From Geosiphon pyriformis uo1 (lineage: Eukaryota > Fungi > Glomeromycota): 64,000 bases of DNA. The number at the start of each line of letters is the position of its first letter. Within the stretch, counting starts at the first letter, position 1. The stretch is taken from contig JAAOMT010000226.1 in NCBI GenBank assembly GCA_016748015.1, positions 186,001 to 250,000 of the forward strand, written 5' to 3'. Both the position numbers and the translations under genes were made by a program. Below are positions 26,020 through 39,955 of this stretch, in pieces. The notes below the pieces were generated by a model. The model did not search any database. It was not told where the DNA came from and worked only from the letters and a program-made list of their open reading frames with translations.

Positions 26020-27600
26020 TATCTAAAAATTTGTCCAAGTCTAACTTGGCAAAAGTTTATTCAGATATAAAGTTTTTTGCTGATATAATATTAAAAAAAA
26101 CTATCTTAGATAAACAGTTTTTTTATTTGGTTTTAGTTGTACTGTAATTTATAGTTGATTATAGAATTCAATTTAATTTTGTTTCTAAAAATGTATACAA
26201 CAAATAAAATATATTAATCAAAAAAAGTTTGAAGATAAAAACTGGCTTGTCAAAAGATTTTTTTAATAAAATTCTCTATTATCTGTTTTTATATGGCTTG
26301 AAAACATTTAAGCAGATGCAAATGAAAAATAAGATAGTTTTAGTATTATATTTTGCAAACTTTAGCAGTATTTTCAATTGGCTGTTTAATCATAGGTCTT
26401 TGGATTTTAGATATTAAGTTAGTTTTCCAGTTATTTTTTACAACATTCTGCAAAATTAAGAGTTAGTCCAGTTAATAATTTTTTGGCTAGTGTAATTAAG
26501 ATTTTTGTGGATTGTAATGTTTCTCTTATAAACAATTTATTTTATGTATTTTGTTTTTCTAATAATACTTTAATGTTTTCTGTTCTAAGAAGTTCAGTTT
26601 TTTACAATGTTTTTTACTTACTTAAAAAGTTTGGTGTTGTTTTTGTTAAGCAGTTATATAATAAAAAAGAGTTGGTTTTTAGTTAAATGAATTTTTATTA
26701 TTAAAAAAGACTTAATTCTAAAGATTTTACTCCTGTTTAGTTTAAACTAGCATGTAATTATTTAGTTAATATTATCTTCTATTTTGTTAATTGGCTGTCA
26801 ATTAATAGATTCCATTTTTTGAGTGTTCTTATTTTTAGTAGTTTTTTAATAGTAAAGTATTGTCTTCCCAATGCCAATTTAAATATTATTAATGTTTATA
26901 TAAATGGGTTTTTAAAAAATTTGGACTTATAAACCATAAGAAATAGTATAATTGCATATTTTGTTGACTTGAATCTAAGTATAAGAGTCAAAGTTAGTGG
27001 TTTAGTTTCTTCTATCTTGGCAAAATTGCAAATAATTGCTCTGGTTTCAAAGTGTATTTTTGTTTTTAGTGCTGTAATAATTTATTTAAACAGCCAAGCT
27101 GTTTTGAATACTTGTGTTATAAAGTTGAATTTAGTTTTGTTTGATTTTTACAATTATTATTGGCTCGAAAAATGTTATATTGTAAAGTTTATTTAATATA
27201 AAAATCTAAATATTGTTTGGATTAAAGTTAAAAACCACTTAGATATTTTGAATAATAAGTGTGCTAATAAACTGGCTAATATAGCATTAATTCAGGTTTG
27301 GTGTTTTTTGTTTTTGTTAATGAAAGGTATATTAAAGCAAGTAAAAAAACAATGTTTAAGAATATTTGTCATTTTATTTAAGATATTTTTAAGACTGTTT
27401 ATCATATTTGTTGAAAAGTTGGACTTAGGTCTAACATTATTAATAAAAACATAATTAAGGATATGAATTAGATTTAGATATTATTAATTTAGTATTCTGA
27501 TTTACATATAGTGTTTGGTTTTATAAGCAAACCTATTACTGGTTTGTATTATTAATTATCTGCTGTTGTTTGTAAATGCTTATATAATAAGAAATATTCT
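26020..27600 (+). mobile_element. Heavily decayed LINE ORF2 fragment (post-RT region, RNase H, zinc finger)
   Basis: ORFs 26229..26417 (LYGLKTFKQ), 26969..27196 (LAKLQIIAL..YLNSQAVL) and 27248..27454 match the LINE at 38279-38500 and 48613-49128. Confidence 0.8.
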
Positions 27601-29669
27601 AGTGTATTGTGTCTTTATTATAGAGAAGTAGAATTTTTTAACCACTTTTTATACACAAAATGGATTTTGTTATTTGTAAAAAGTTATTTATAATATTTAC
27701 TATGTGTTTTTTTTTAATTAACAGTAATTTTTTAAATTTGGTAATTATAATTTGGTAATTATAATTTTAATTTAATAATATATATATTAAAACAATCTAA
27801 CTATTTAAGTTTATAATTATTTTATTATAATAAAAAATACAATTAAAAATATATTATAAACTTTAATATTAATACTTAAATTTAAATTACAAAAATATAT
27901 TAAAATTACTAATTATATTTAGCATACTAAATTTTTATAAAAATATATTAATAAAAACATTAAAAATATTTAATTAAATATTATATAAGCTTAAATAAAT
28001 TGTCAAAAAATTGTTGAAATACAAACATTAAAAAAGTAAAAATAATTAAAAGAAAAATTAACATTTCTATAAAAATAATCAGTATTAATATAGATTATAA
28101 TAAAAACAAATTATGCAAACATGAAATCTTTAAAATTTAGTTTTTTTTAATAATAAAAAAACTTCTAATTAAAACATTAATCTTTTTTGTTTAACAACTA
28201 GTTTATAAATACAATACTTAATTTTTTTAAGAAATAAACTATTTTAAAGTAAATAATAATATCTAAAATTTTAAACATAAAAATATTTTTAATAAAATAA
28301 AAGATTTCAAAAAAATTATTTGTAAAAAAAATTACTATTTAAAAAAATCTTAACAATTTTAGCCAAAAAATTGTTTAAAAAATTAATGTTCAATTTAATT
28401 GAATATTATAAAAGATTTTTAAATGCTATTATTATTTAAAAATTTAATAAAAATCATAAATAGTATAAATTATTTAATTATATTATATTATAAAAATAAT
28501 TTTAAAAGATTAATGTTTGATATAATAGCAATTATTAAATATTGTTAATAACAAGTACTATTTTATAATAATAATAAATATTATAATATAATAGCAGTAA
28601 CTATTATTTAAAAATATTAAAAATAAAATATTATAATATGTTTTTTTGTAAAACTATAAACATATATATATATAATAGTTTTATTATTAAAAAAACATCT
28701 TTTATATTAATTATCTTTTAATATTTATTTTTAATAAACATCTAAATAAATTTTTAATAAATAAAAAAAAACAAAAATTAAAATTAAAAACTAAATTATT
28801 ATAGTAAACTTAATAAAAACTTGTTTATAATTATTATTTAAATGAATTTATTATTTATTAACTGAATTTTATAAAAAAATAATCTTAATTAAAACTATAT
28901 TATTACTAATTAATTAAAGCTTTATTGTAAAATTAAGAAAAATACTAAAAAACTATTAATATTTTTCTATTTTCAATTAAAAAAACACTTTAAATAATTA
29001 CAAGAATAACTTTAAAAAACTCTAATAACAACAAGTAAATTTTAAATTAATTATTAAAAAGCATACATAAAATATAAAATAATAATTAAAATTTAAAAAA
29101 AACTTATATTATAATATTTACAAAAAATTTTTATTATAATATTACAACCAAAATTAAAAAACTTACAAAAAATTAATTACAGTTAAATTAAGCATATTAA
29201 AAATTAATATACCAAAAAACATTTTTGTAATAATATTTAACTTAAAACTTTTAAATCTAAACAGTAATAATTAAATAAACAGTCTAAAATACCATAAAAA
29301 TTGGTAAATAAAAGCAATAACACAAATTTATTCTTAAATTAAATTTGTTTAAAAATTTTTGATCATATAAAAAAAAATAATATATTGTTTTAACTAGAAA
29401 GTTTTGTAGTAAACTGGTTTTAAATCTTAATTATTTTAAGAAACATATGTTATTTATAATAAACACTTTTAAAAACAAAACTAAATTATATGTAATAATT
29501 TATAATAAACTATAAAATTATTATAACTAAATACAAAAACTGTTTATTTGAAATTAATTTTTTTAAACTCATATTTACAAAAAATCTAATATTTAAATAA
29601 GTTTTTTTTAAGTTAAAAATAAAAAATTTATTTATAAAAAAAAAAATACTAAGAGATTTGTAAGATTTC

Positions 29670-31005
29670 TTATATTTTATTTTATTTTATTTTTTATTAT
29701 TTTAACAAATGAGGTCCAAACACTACCTAGAACAATACATCATAAAAGATCTAAACTAGGCATGAATCATGCATTTTCTACACGTGACCAGCCACTCAGG
29801 CCAATTAGAACAACATTAAGCATCTATAATAACTGACACAGAATTCCCAATGTCTGAAAAAAATACACAAGATGTATGAAAGCCAAAGCAAATGCCAAAA
29901 GCCTCCACAATACCCAACAGCTTTATCACCCCAGCAGAAAAAATTGAAGAAAGGCCATGCACCAGATCAGGAACTGAACCATCACCAGGAATCAGGCCAC
30001 GTTTTTCTATCAAAGCATGATAACTCACACGAACCAACTAAATCTCATCTCTAAAAGCAAGACAGAAATTTCGCACAAATTCTACCACCTTATGACAAGC
30101 AATTTTGAAGTCACCGAAAACCGAGACTGCTTCCTGAAAACAAAGTTTGAACATAAAACCCTTACACAATGCCAAACACACCAAGACGTCAAAGGCACAA
30201 GAGAGCAAAAGCTGCATAATACGTGACAATGATCAAGATAAACCAGAGAGGGCTCCCCAGATAACTGCGTGTGTGTCCAACAGCTGAGTGCGGATAGCAG
30301 CATCAGAGCCACATGAGAAAATATGATCAGAAAATTTGACTTTACCACAAAACAAACACAAAATGCTGGAATAAAACCTGCTATAAAGGTGTTTACGAAC
30401 AGCCACAGATAGCCGATAATGTAAAGCTTTCATAAAATAAGTACAAGCACCAGCAGAATGCTTACCAGTAAAACCAGTAACCATGTGCATATTAGGATGC
30501 CATACAAGTGAAAACCTACACCAGTCTATGTCACCATGCAAACTGGTAACTAAAACTTTAGAACCAGAGCCAATCTCTCATTTAGCACAATGTACACAAT
30601 AGAAAATATCATGAACAAAATGTCTAGAATTCCCAGAAACGGCCACACCATCTGCCAAAATATAGTACTTATTCAAATGTGAAGAAAGAAAAAGGTCAGA
30701 CATAGAAACAGCCACAGCAAAAGCATCTGCTCGTTTATTACCCATAACACCAGAATGTCCTTTGACTTTAAACCAACAGATGTTCAAATTTTTATTATGA
30801 ATCAAGTTGGAAATGTAACGGCATTCTAACCAGCATTAATTTCGAAAGTTCGGAATGACCAGACTCAGTTCAGATCTACATGCATCCAAAGCTGCTTGAC
30901 TGTCAGAGAACAAATGAACAGAACTGAAAGAGGAAACACACTTAAGAGCCAAAGCAATAGCCTGCAATTCTGCCATAATAGAAGACACCAAACCAGAAAC
31001 CACAA
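29670..31005 (-). mobile_element. 5'-truncated LINE 3' end (RNase H, zinc finger, 3' UTR, A-rich tail)
   Basis: WFKVKGHSGVMGNKRAD (30578..30805) and CLFCG..DHIFSC (30233..30541). 3' UTR motif at 29710-29818. Confidence 0.9.
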
Positions 31006-33764
31006 ATATTTTATTATTAAAATTAACAAATTATTAATATAAAAAAATGTTTTTGACCTTTTAATTAATAAAAATATTATTAATAAAAAAAAATTATTTG
31101 TTATATTCAAAATATATTGTGTAATTATTTAGCAATTTTTAATTTAAATAATATTATAAATAAAAATTTCAATAATAAAATAAAATATTAAATTAGTTAT
31201 TATTTTAATTTTATCAGTTTTGACAATAAACTTAAAGTTTATTTTGTAATAATATAAATACTTATGCTTTTTAATTTTATATAACAAAAAATTATAAAAT
31301 TTTTTTAAAGCAATAAAAAAAAATTTCATCTTAATTTAAATTATTATAGATTTTATATTTATTAAATAATTTAAAACCAGTTATTATTTAGTTAATACAA
31401 TTATTGTAAATATGTTTAAAGAATTTAATAAATTTTTTATAAATTTTTATTTTATATAAACATATATATAAATAATTTTAATCAACAAAATTATATGTTT
31501 TCTTATTTTTTATAATATTAACCAAATTTTTTAATTCTTTTCTAATATATTTATTGCAAATTATTAAAATACAATTAATGAAAATATTTAACACAATTTT
31601 TTTAACAATTTCAATTAAAATAATAAAATAAACATTAATTAAAACTTTTTTTTATTGATATAATTTAAAAATTATGAAAACTAATACTTAAGTTTACAAA
31701 ACAAAAACAAATTTATATAATAAAAAAGAGTTTAATAATATTAAAAACATATTTAGAACATAATTATTACAATATTTTTATAATTTATTTAATATATTTA
31801 AAAGATTAATGGTTTTTTTATCTAACAAATTTATAATTATATTATGCAATTAATTAAATTTAATTTAGATTATTATACTAAAAAAAACCATATTATTAAT
31901 AAAAATCAAAAAAATACTATAATATAATTTAATATTATTATTTAAAAAATACATTTTAATATATTGTAAATTATATAACTTTTATTAATAATAAAACTTT
32001 TTATATATTATATTGTTTTCAAATTTAATAAACTCTTAGTAATAAAAAAATACAAAAAAATTAACAGTTTTTATATGAAAAATATTTTAAAAACATGTTT
32101 ATTTTTGTAATATTAACATATTTAATATTGTATTTTTATCTATTTTTGTTTTTATAAAAAAATATATTAAATATCTAAAAAATTATTCAACTTATTAAAA
32201 CTGAAATTATTTTGTAATTAATATTGAAAAAATTATTTAAATCAAATATTTTTAATTAATCACAATATTAATAAATAAATAAAAAACAAAAATATAATCA
32301 ATTATTTATTTAATACTTTATAAGTTGTTTTATATAGTTATCTTAATAAAAAAAAACTTAATATTAAATTAATTAAACCAAAATCTAAATATTTCTTAAA
32401 ATTAACTTTTTTTAATTATTTTTAAGATTATAAATAAACTTTTATTAATAATCTTAGCAATATGCAAATTAATAAAAAAAACCAAATTTAATTTATATTA
32501 AAAAAAACTTTAGTATATAATTTTTTAACTAAAATTAATTATCTATTTTTAAATAATAAACATATAATTAAAAGTTTATTTAAGATTTCTAAAACTTTAT
32601 AAATGTATTTAACAATAAAATTTTATAAAATAACTGTAATTTTAAAACCCAAAATATTTAAAGCTAAACTTAATATAAACATATAAATACTATTAAATTT
32701 TTTATTTATTTATGTTTTAATATTATATCTTAGTTTTATTTCTATAATTATTAAAATTATATTACTATTTTTTTTGTGCCAACATATAATGTTATCTTAC
32801 TTTACAGAAATATTAATATTTTTTATATTATATATAGCAATTTTCTAAATAAAATTAATTATTAAAAAAGAAATTAAAATTAAAATACAAATAATTTAAT
32901 TTTGTTTAAACCAAATTTACAAAATTTTTAAAAACAATTATGTTGGTTTTTAATCTACTAATTTAACAATAAAAAAACAAATAACAAATAACAAAAAACT
33001 TAATTTGCAAAAAATTTTATAAACTTAATTTATTAAAATTTCTAATAAGTATTTAAAAATATTTAAATAAATATTTATAAAAATAAGAGAAAATAACAAT
33101 ATTAAATAAAAATAATTATAAAAAAACAAACCAAAAAAAGCATTAAAAAAATTATTATTGATTATTTATATTTATAACAAATTACTAAAAAACATTAATT
33201 AAGCAATTAGAGCTGTTTTTTGACATAAATAACAAATAATTCTATATTTATTCAAATTAGAAAAAGGTTTTTTGGTCTTAATTTTAAGAATAAATACAAT
33301 ATTAAACTTATATATACTTAAAATATAACCAAATATTTTACAAATTAAGCACAAAAACAATTTTAATTTAATTTATTTTAAACTTAAATCAAAACTAAAA
33401 CTATTATTAAAGCTGGTATAAATTATTTCTTAAATTTAAAGCAAATAATTATATATTTTACATAAATATATATAATTAAATAATAATTAATTACACTTGT
33501 TTTTTATTGAATAATTTTAAAAAATTTTATAGATTATATACAATAAAATAAAATTTTATTTGTATTTTTAATATTAATTTAAATATATAGACTATTTTTT
33601 TTCAATAAAAATAGATTATAAAAACTTCTTTCTTTTCTTTATCCCAAATTCCCAAAAAAGAGTCAAAGTTTTTTTTTGAAAGAAGTTTTTCTACAATTCA
33701 GTACAATAAATCCAAACCCTTTTTTCTTAACTATGAAGCCACTGTTGGCTGTAGTATTGCTGTT

Positions 33765-35558
33765 ATGAAGAAGGCTATCAAAGATTCTGGTTCTAATGAT
33801 GGCTACAGGCCTGTTCTTCCAAGAAAAAAAAGGAGAGGTGGCATTTTAGAAAATAGTTCTAGTGGTGGAAATATTGGTTCTGTAATTCAAAATAGCCGTT
33901 TATGGAGTTCTGAGACTGGTAACACCACCAAGTCTGAAAGTATTGACATGGAGGAAAAATGCTTGGTTGAGGAAACCAGTTTCAATTATGGTGAAAGTGG
34001 TGTTCTTGCTTTAAAAAATTCTAATCAAACACCTACTGGTTTGAAGGTCAAAACCAGGAAGACATTGGGCAAACCATTGGGGAAGATTAATTTTTCATTA
34101 AATGGTAATGGCGATGATATTCTTTTGAATACTTCACTAGAACTACTTTCACCTATTAAGAACTTGATTAATGTTTTTGTTTGCAAATCCTTTGCTTTGG
34201 ATATTGGTTTGGATAAAGTTACTGAGAAATCATTTCAGGAGAAGTTGACTGTGGTCAAAAAATTATTTTTAAAAGTCAATGGTTTTGGGGGAGCCTTTAC
34301 TCCCTTAAAATTTGCTGGAATCATCAGAGCAACATTTACTTCTAAGTTGAGTTTGGCGCAGGCTTCCAAAAGGGCTGAAGAAGTGAAGATCTTGGTAAAC
34401 TCTGATCTCAAGAGATCATCTGGATGTTCAGATTGGACTGTGGTGTTGAAAAAAATTCCAATTGGTACATTGACTGAGGCTGTGCATGCTGCACTACCCA
34501 AGTTTGGAATTATTAAGTCGATCAAGATGCAATTGGTGGGGCTGTGGCAAAAAGCTGTGGTTGAATTTGAACAAATTGAGCATGCTGATTTGGTTGCAGC
34601 ACATTGGTCTATCCTAATCAGAAAGAATACTGTGCATGTTGTTAGATCTGATGTGAACAAGGAATCATGGGATGCATGAGATGTTTACAAAGCCTTTTTG
34701 TACATTCTGCTGATGGGAACCAATGCACATGATATTTGGGATTATGTTGTTTCAGTGGATGAGAAAACATGTGTAATCGACCATCATCCAGTTTCTTATG
34801 TCTGGGCCAGATGCACTACTGTTTGTTTTGATTTTGCTGAATCTTTAGATACTGTCATAGAAACCATGCTTGTACTAAAGGGGGTCAATCTGCACTGGTT
34901 TCGTCTTGTTTCAGCCAAGTGTGCTGGGTGTAGGAAATTGGGCCATACATTGTTGGTTTGCCCTATTGGTGGGAAAAAGTATGTCCCTTCTGGTGCTTCA
35001 TTATGTAAACCTCTCTTAGACTTGAATAAAAGTAGACTGGCTGCCATTTACGCCAAGCGTTTGGCTCCAGTTGCTTATTTTATTTTTTTTGGTGGTGTCT
35101 CATGGGCATAAATTGCTGGTGAGTCTTCTTTCCCTTCCCCTCATGTTCAGAATGTTTTGTTGAAAGCTGGTTTCTCTTTGGAGATGAAGCCTACCCTGCT
35201 AGTGTCTTTGGAGTTGGATAATAGGTTTGCCGCTCTTAAGCACAGTCTCACCAGTCTCACAAAGTGTGTTGACATGCTGGCTAAGAGGTTAGAAACACTT
35301 GAGCCAATGGTTTCCCAGCTTAGCCCTGAACATCAGCCATTGGTGACCCCTTCATCACAGAATCAAGGAGTGGATATAGTAATGAGTAAGAGTTTGGGTG
35401 TAGCCACTGATAGTAAAACTGTTATGGGAGTGGTGGTTTTTGATCCTGCAGTTATCTCAAAAATGGAAAAAACTTTGAACAATCTCTCAATCACAGTTAT
35501 GAGCCTTTTGGCTAAATTGGACAATGCTGGTTCGGTTTCTACCTCTCTTTTTTCTTAA
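33765..35558 (+). pseudogene. LINE ORF1 (basic NLS-like RKKRR, RRM-like region, CCHC zinc knuckle, coiled-coil-like tail)
   Basis: One frame broken by two stops (ORFs 33765..34679, 34698..35111, 35157..35558). RRM-like VVLKKIPI...FGIIKSI...AVVEF. CAGCRKLGHTLLVC = CX2CX4HX4C. Confidence 0.85.
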
Positions 35559-38500
35559 TGAGTAATATGATCTGGAGAGTTGCAACTTGTAACATTAGAG
35601 GAATGAACAATCCTGCAAAACAGAATGATATTATTCGTTGGCATAAAGAAAAGAACAATTTAGTTTCTACTTTTATAGAATCAAAGTTAAAAGGGAAGGT
35701 TTGCCCCTAGATTGTCAACAAATTTAATGGTGTGTAGATGTTTACCTCTGGTTTAGAATCTGGTAATCTTGGTGCTAGTGTTGTGATTGTCATGAACTCT
35801 TTTTTGGCAAGACATGTGTACAAATTTCAGAAGTGCCTGGTTAGCTTCTGTCTATTAAGTTGCTTTTCAAAAACAAACTTTCAGTGTCAATTTTGGGGCT
35901 TTATGCTGGTGTTTTTTTGGTGGCTCGGTTTTCTCAGGCTGGCAATATCAATTTTTTTATTGCAAAGGCTGTTAACAAATTTTCTTTTGTCATTCTTGGT
36001 GGGGACTTTATGAAGACAGTTTTCATAAGTATGGAAGCTTCAAGAAGTGCTTGGATTTTGGTTTGGTTAATGCCTTGGGTGGGAGCTCTAGTGAGAAGTT
36101 GCCAACTTGGTCCAATTTTTGGGGCATAGTTAAGACAATTGATTATGTGCTTATTTCTTCAAACTTGGTCAAAGCAGTATTGGGTTGTGGCGTGTTTGGA
36201 ATTGAGGAATACTTTGATACTGATTATCAGATGGTCTCAGTGTTGGTGGGTTTAGGTAGTCTGCTCGATGTTTGATTAAATTCTGTTTGCAAACAAGCAA
36301 ATAAAGATCATTAGAAGTACAATTACAAAGGTGTAAATGTTATTAAGTGGGCCAAATTTAAGGATAATACAGCTGCAAATGCAGCTATGTTCTATGATGA
36401 GTTTTTTACAGCCAAGATGTGCTCAGATTTGAATGTGATATGGGCTGCTCTCCATAAAGTGTTGTGTCTGTCTGCTGAGGCAGTTTTTAAAAAGAAATGG
36501 TTCAAGAACTATGATCATGTTTTTGTTAAGGAGTCATCCAAATTTCACAAGCTGGAGCTCTTGGTGTCAAAGCTAGTTAAGGCATCTTGCTTGGACTCTT
36601 TTAGAGAGTTTACATTCTTGCTTGACAAGTGGGAGAGTTTGGATTTAGTTAATGAATCTGTGGTAAAGTCTCTTTTTCAGTCAGGTTCTCCTTTTAATGC
36701 CATTTAGTCAGTTTTGTCCAAGGTTAGAAAGTCATATCACTTCTCTAAAATATCAGAAGTAGAACATGTTAGGGAATCTAGAATCAGATTGGCAATAGAT
36801 AAGAGGATGGAAAGTTTCAAATTGAACAAGAATCATACTATTAGGAGTGTACTGGAACGTCTCTTTTGCAAAGTGACTTTGGATCATTTGGTTGTGGATG
36901 ATGAATTAGTTTTGGAATCTGATCTTGTTAAAACCAAGGTAGATGTGATCATGGAAAGATAAACTAGAAAGCATAATGTGGTTTCTGATGTCCTTGAAGT
37001 GTGGCATCACCAATATTAGCCTTTAGAATATGTTTTTGATAAAGCTTTTTCTAGTGTGATGTGCTCAATTGACTTTGATGAAATGTCTGATGTCATCTCA
37101 AATCTGTTTGATGGAAAAGCGGCTGGCTTCTCTGGCATATCAAATGAGTTATGGAAGCATTATAACAGATCAGTTTTGGATATGCTGCTGGTTCTTTTAA
37201 ATTTTTGCTTGGACTGTGAATCTGTTTCTGGGCTTTGGAAGGAGGCCTGGGTGTCGATGATCCCTAAACCATATGAGTAAGAAGGTGTTCTTATAAACAC
37301 TTATTCTATTGTGTTGATTGAAACAGCTCACAAAATTCTTTTCAAGATTCTTTTGGACAGGATTTTTTTTGTATGCAGTAGATTTGATATACTTAGAAGG
37401 GATAATTTTTTTGTTTTAAAAGATATGACCACACAGTCTCCTATTTTTGCTATTGAATTAGTTGTTGAGAATGCTTTGGAAAAAAACCGTGAGTTGTGGC
37501 TGGTCTTGCAAGACATGCAAAAAACTTATATTTCTGTTGGCTGGGAGCATCTGAGAGCAAGTTTGGTTAAGATAAAGATGTGTGACAGATTTATTTGGTT
37601 TTTTGGTGGTATTCACAATGGTCAGGTCAACAAGGTTATAACAGATTTTGGGTTGACTGATGAGTATCAAGTGCATGATGGTTTAGACTAAGAAGAGATA
37701 TTTTGCCTCTTCTTTAGTGCATATTTTATGACCCTTTTTTGTGTGAAGTCAAGAGACAAGGAAGTATATGTGGATACAGATTGAACTCTCACTTTGTGAC
37801 CAGAACTGGTTGCTCTGAATCTTGGGCTGGCTTGACGTCTTTTCTTGCTGCAGGTGCTTTTGTCAATGACACAATTTGGGTTGGTAGCAATCAGACTGCT
37901 ACGCAACATATTCTCAATATTGCTAGCAAATTTTTTCAGATCAATAACATTTTGATTAATAATGATAAAATGGTGGCCATTCCCATTAATTGCAGAGTTT
38001 CTGACCTTTGTTTACTGATTAGTGATTTACCTATTTTGATAGTCAAGAAGAAGGAGCCTTATCGGTACCTGGGAATTTTTTTGTCTACTGAGGACTTGTC
38101 AAAGCCTAGCTTGGCTAGAGCTTACTTGGATGTCCGGTTTTTTACCAATCTCATGCTGAGAAAGACTATCTCTGACAAGCAGTTCTTATATTTGGTGTTG
38201 GCAGTTCTTCATCCTATCGTTGTCTATAGAACTCAGTTCAGTTTTGTTTCTCTCAATGTGTGTGCAAAGTAGAACACTATGATTTGCAAAAGTTTAAAAT
38301 CCAAATCTGGCTTGCTGCTCAACTTTTCCAATGATGCAATTTACCATTCATCTCTATATAGTTTGAAATCTTTTAAGCAGATTCAGGCTGAAAACAAGTC
38401 AGCTTCTGTTGTCAATTTTGCCAATTTTGTTGGTATCTTGGGCCGTTTATTTGCACATAGATTACATAATTTGCAGGTCCTTAGCTAGTGCCCTTGTCAC

Positions 38501-38969
38501 TCCTTGCTTTACTCTTCTCATATTAATATCAATCCTTTGGATAATTTTTTGGCTGGCATTGTTCGGATTTTTTTGGGATGTGACCTCTCTCTGAGTAGTC
38601 TTGTAACCAATGCTTTTTGTTTTCGAAACAGAACTTCTATGTCTAACATTCTTGGTGAGCTCATTTTTTATAAATGTGTCTCTTTATTTTGGCATTATGG
38701 AATTGCTTTTGTTGAACAGCTTTGCGATCATGCTGGTTCTGTTTTCAAATAGAAGACTTTCAAGTGGTGGAAAAGACTGGATCCTCGGGACCCAGTTTCT
38801 TATTGGTTTGATGTTTCTGTTCAATTTCTGAATGATTTTGGGCTGTCTTCTGTTTGCAATCTTCTGTTACTAAATGTTGGTTTGCCTAGTGTCCTTGAGT
38901 CTTGTGAATTTGAGATTGTGTATAGTCATCTGTTGAAAGTTAATTCTGGTCGTTTTTCTTTGTTTATGG
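35558..38969 (+). pseudogene. LINE ORF2, 5' part: APE endonuclease and reverse transcriptase
   Basis: Starts MSNMIWRVATCNIRGMN. APE motifs ILGGDF and TIDYVL. RT motifs KAAGFSGI, VLQDMQK, GAFVNDT (FVDD), YRYLGIFL. Confidence 0.92.
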
Positions 38970-39955
38970 TGTTACTGGAGGTTTTTGGTCTCTTTTCTGT
39001 AATATTGTTGATACTTATTTGCTGTGAATTCACATTTTCTGGATGTGGTTGAATCTCCAGTAACTGAATTTTTAACTTCAAATTATCTCCTATAATTTGA
39101 ACTTGCTGGGCTTATGAGTGAAATGGCCAATTCCGTGCCAGTTGCTTTATGTAGTTACATTGTAGTAAACGTCAACTCTTTCCCAGGAATTGCTTGTCTG
39201 GAAGCTCACTAAAAATGTGTAGTTACTTTGCTGTGAAAGTCAACTCTTCTACAGGAATATCGTCTGTAGGCTACCCTAATAATTGTAATAAAAAAATAAA
39301 AAAAAAATAAAAAAAATGTAAAAGAAATAGGATTTTATCAAGGGAAACGTTTTCTATCCAGGCCTGGAGTCACTAACAGTTTACTAAAATTGGTAGCTAA
39401 TCAATTTCAAAACATTAGTTGGGTTTTGAGGAATTTCCAAGTGTAATAATTAAAAAATTTGGTTTTTTTTAAATTATTTGATTTTTATTTCTTTTTGTGT
39501 ATGTAGAAATGGTTCTAAGTAATAAATCTAAAGTAAGATACATTTTCTCAAAGAAAGAAGCTCTTCTTTTATACAACTTGTCATAACACTATTCTATAAA
39601 CTTGAACTTTGCTATTTTCTATAATTTCGCTGAACTAAAGATACATTTCGGCGAACTACAAGTTATTTCTGCGAACTTATTAGATATTTCGGTGAACTAT
39701 CAATTATTTCGGCAAATTTCTATAAATTTCGGTGAATTTTTGAATGTTACATAGTTCAGGGTATTGCATGATTGATCATTGCAATTAGGTTACATTTGTG
39801 TTGTGTACAATTTGGGTTATTAATTAAATGATAATTTCAAACATTCTTTGCTAATGTAATAAGTGATAATTTGAAACGATAATTTATGCTAATTAATGAT
39901 AGGAATTATAAGATAGTTTCATGCTAAATGATATTTCTAATTTCATTTGGTAACA
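38970..39955 (-). repeat. 3' LTR of G2 (986 bp)
   Basis: ~96% identical by eye to 47660-48612; TG...CA ends; adjacent PPT. Confidence 0.95.

Noticed and set aside
39624-39738. Repeat-spacer array resembling a miniature CRISPR
   Set aside because: 13-bp repeats and 7-8-bp spacers are far too short; it lies inside a eukaryotic LTR with no cas genes.
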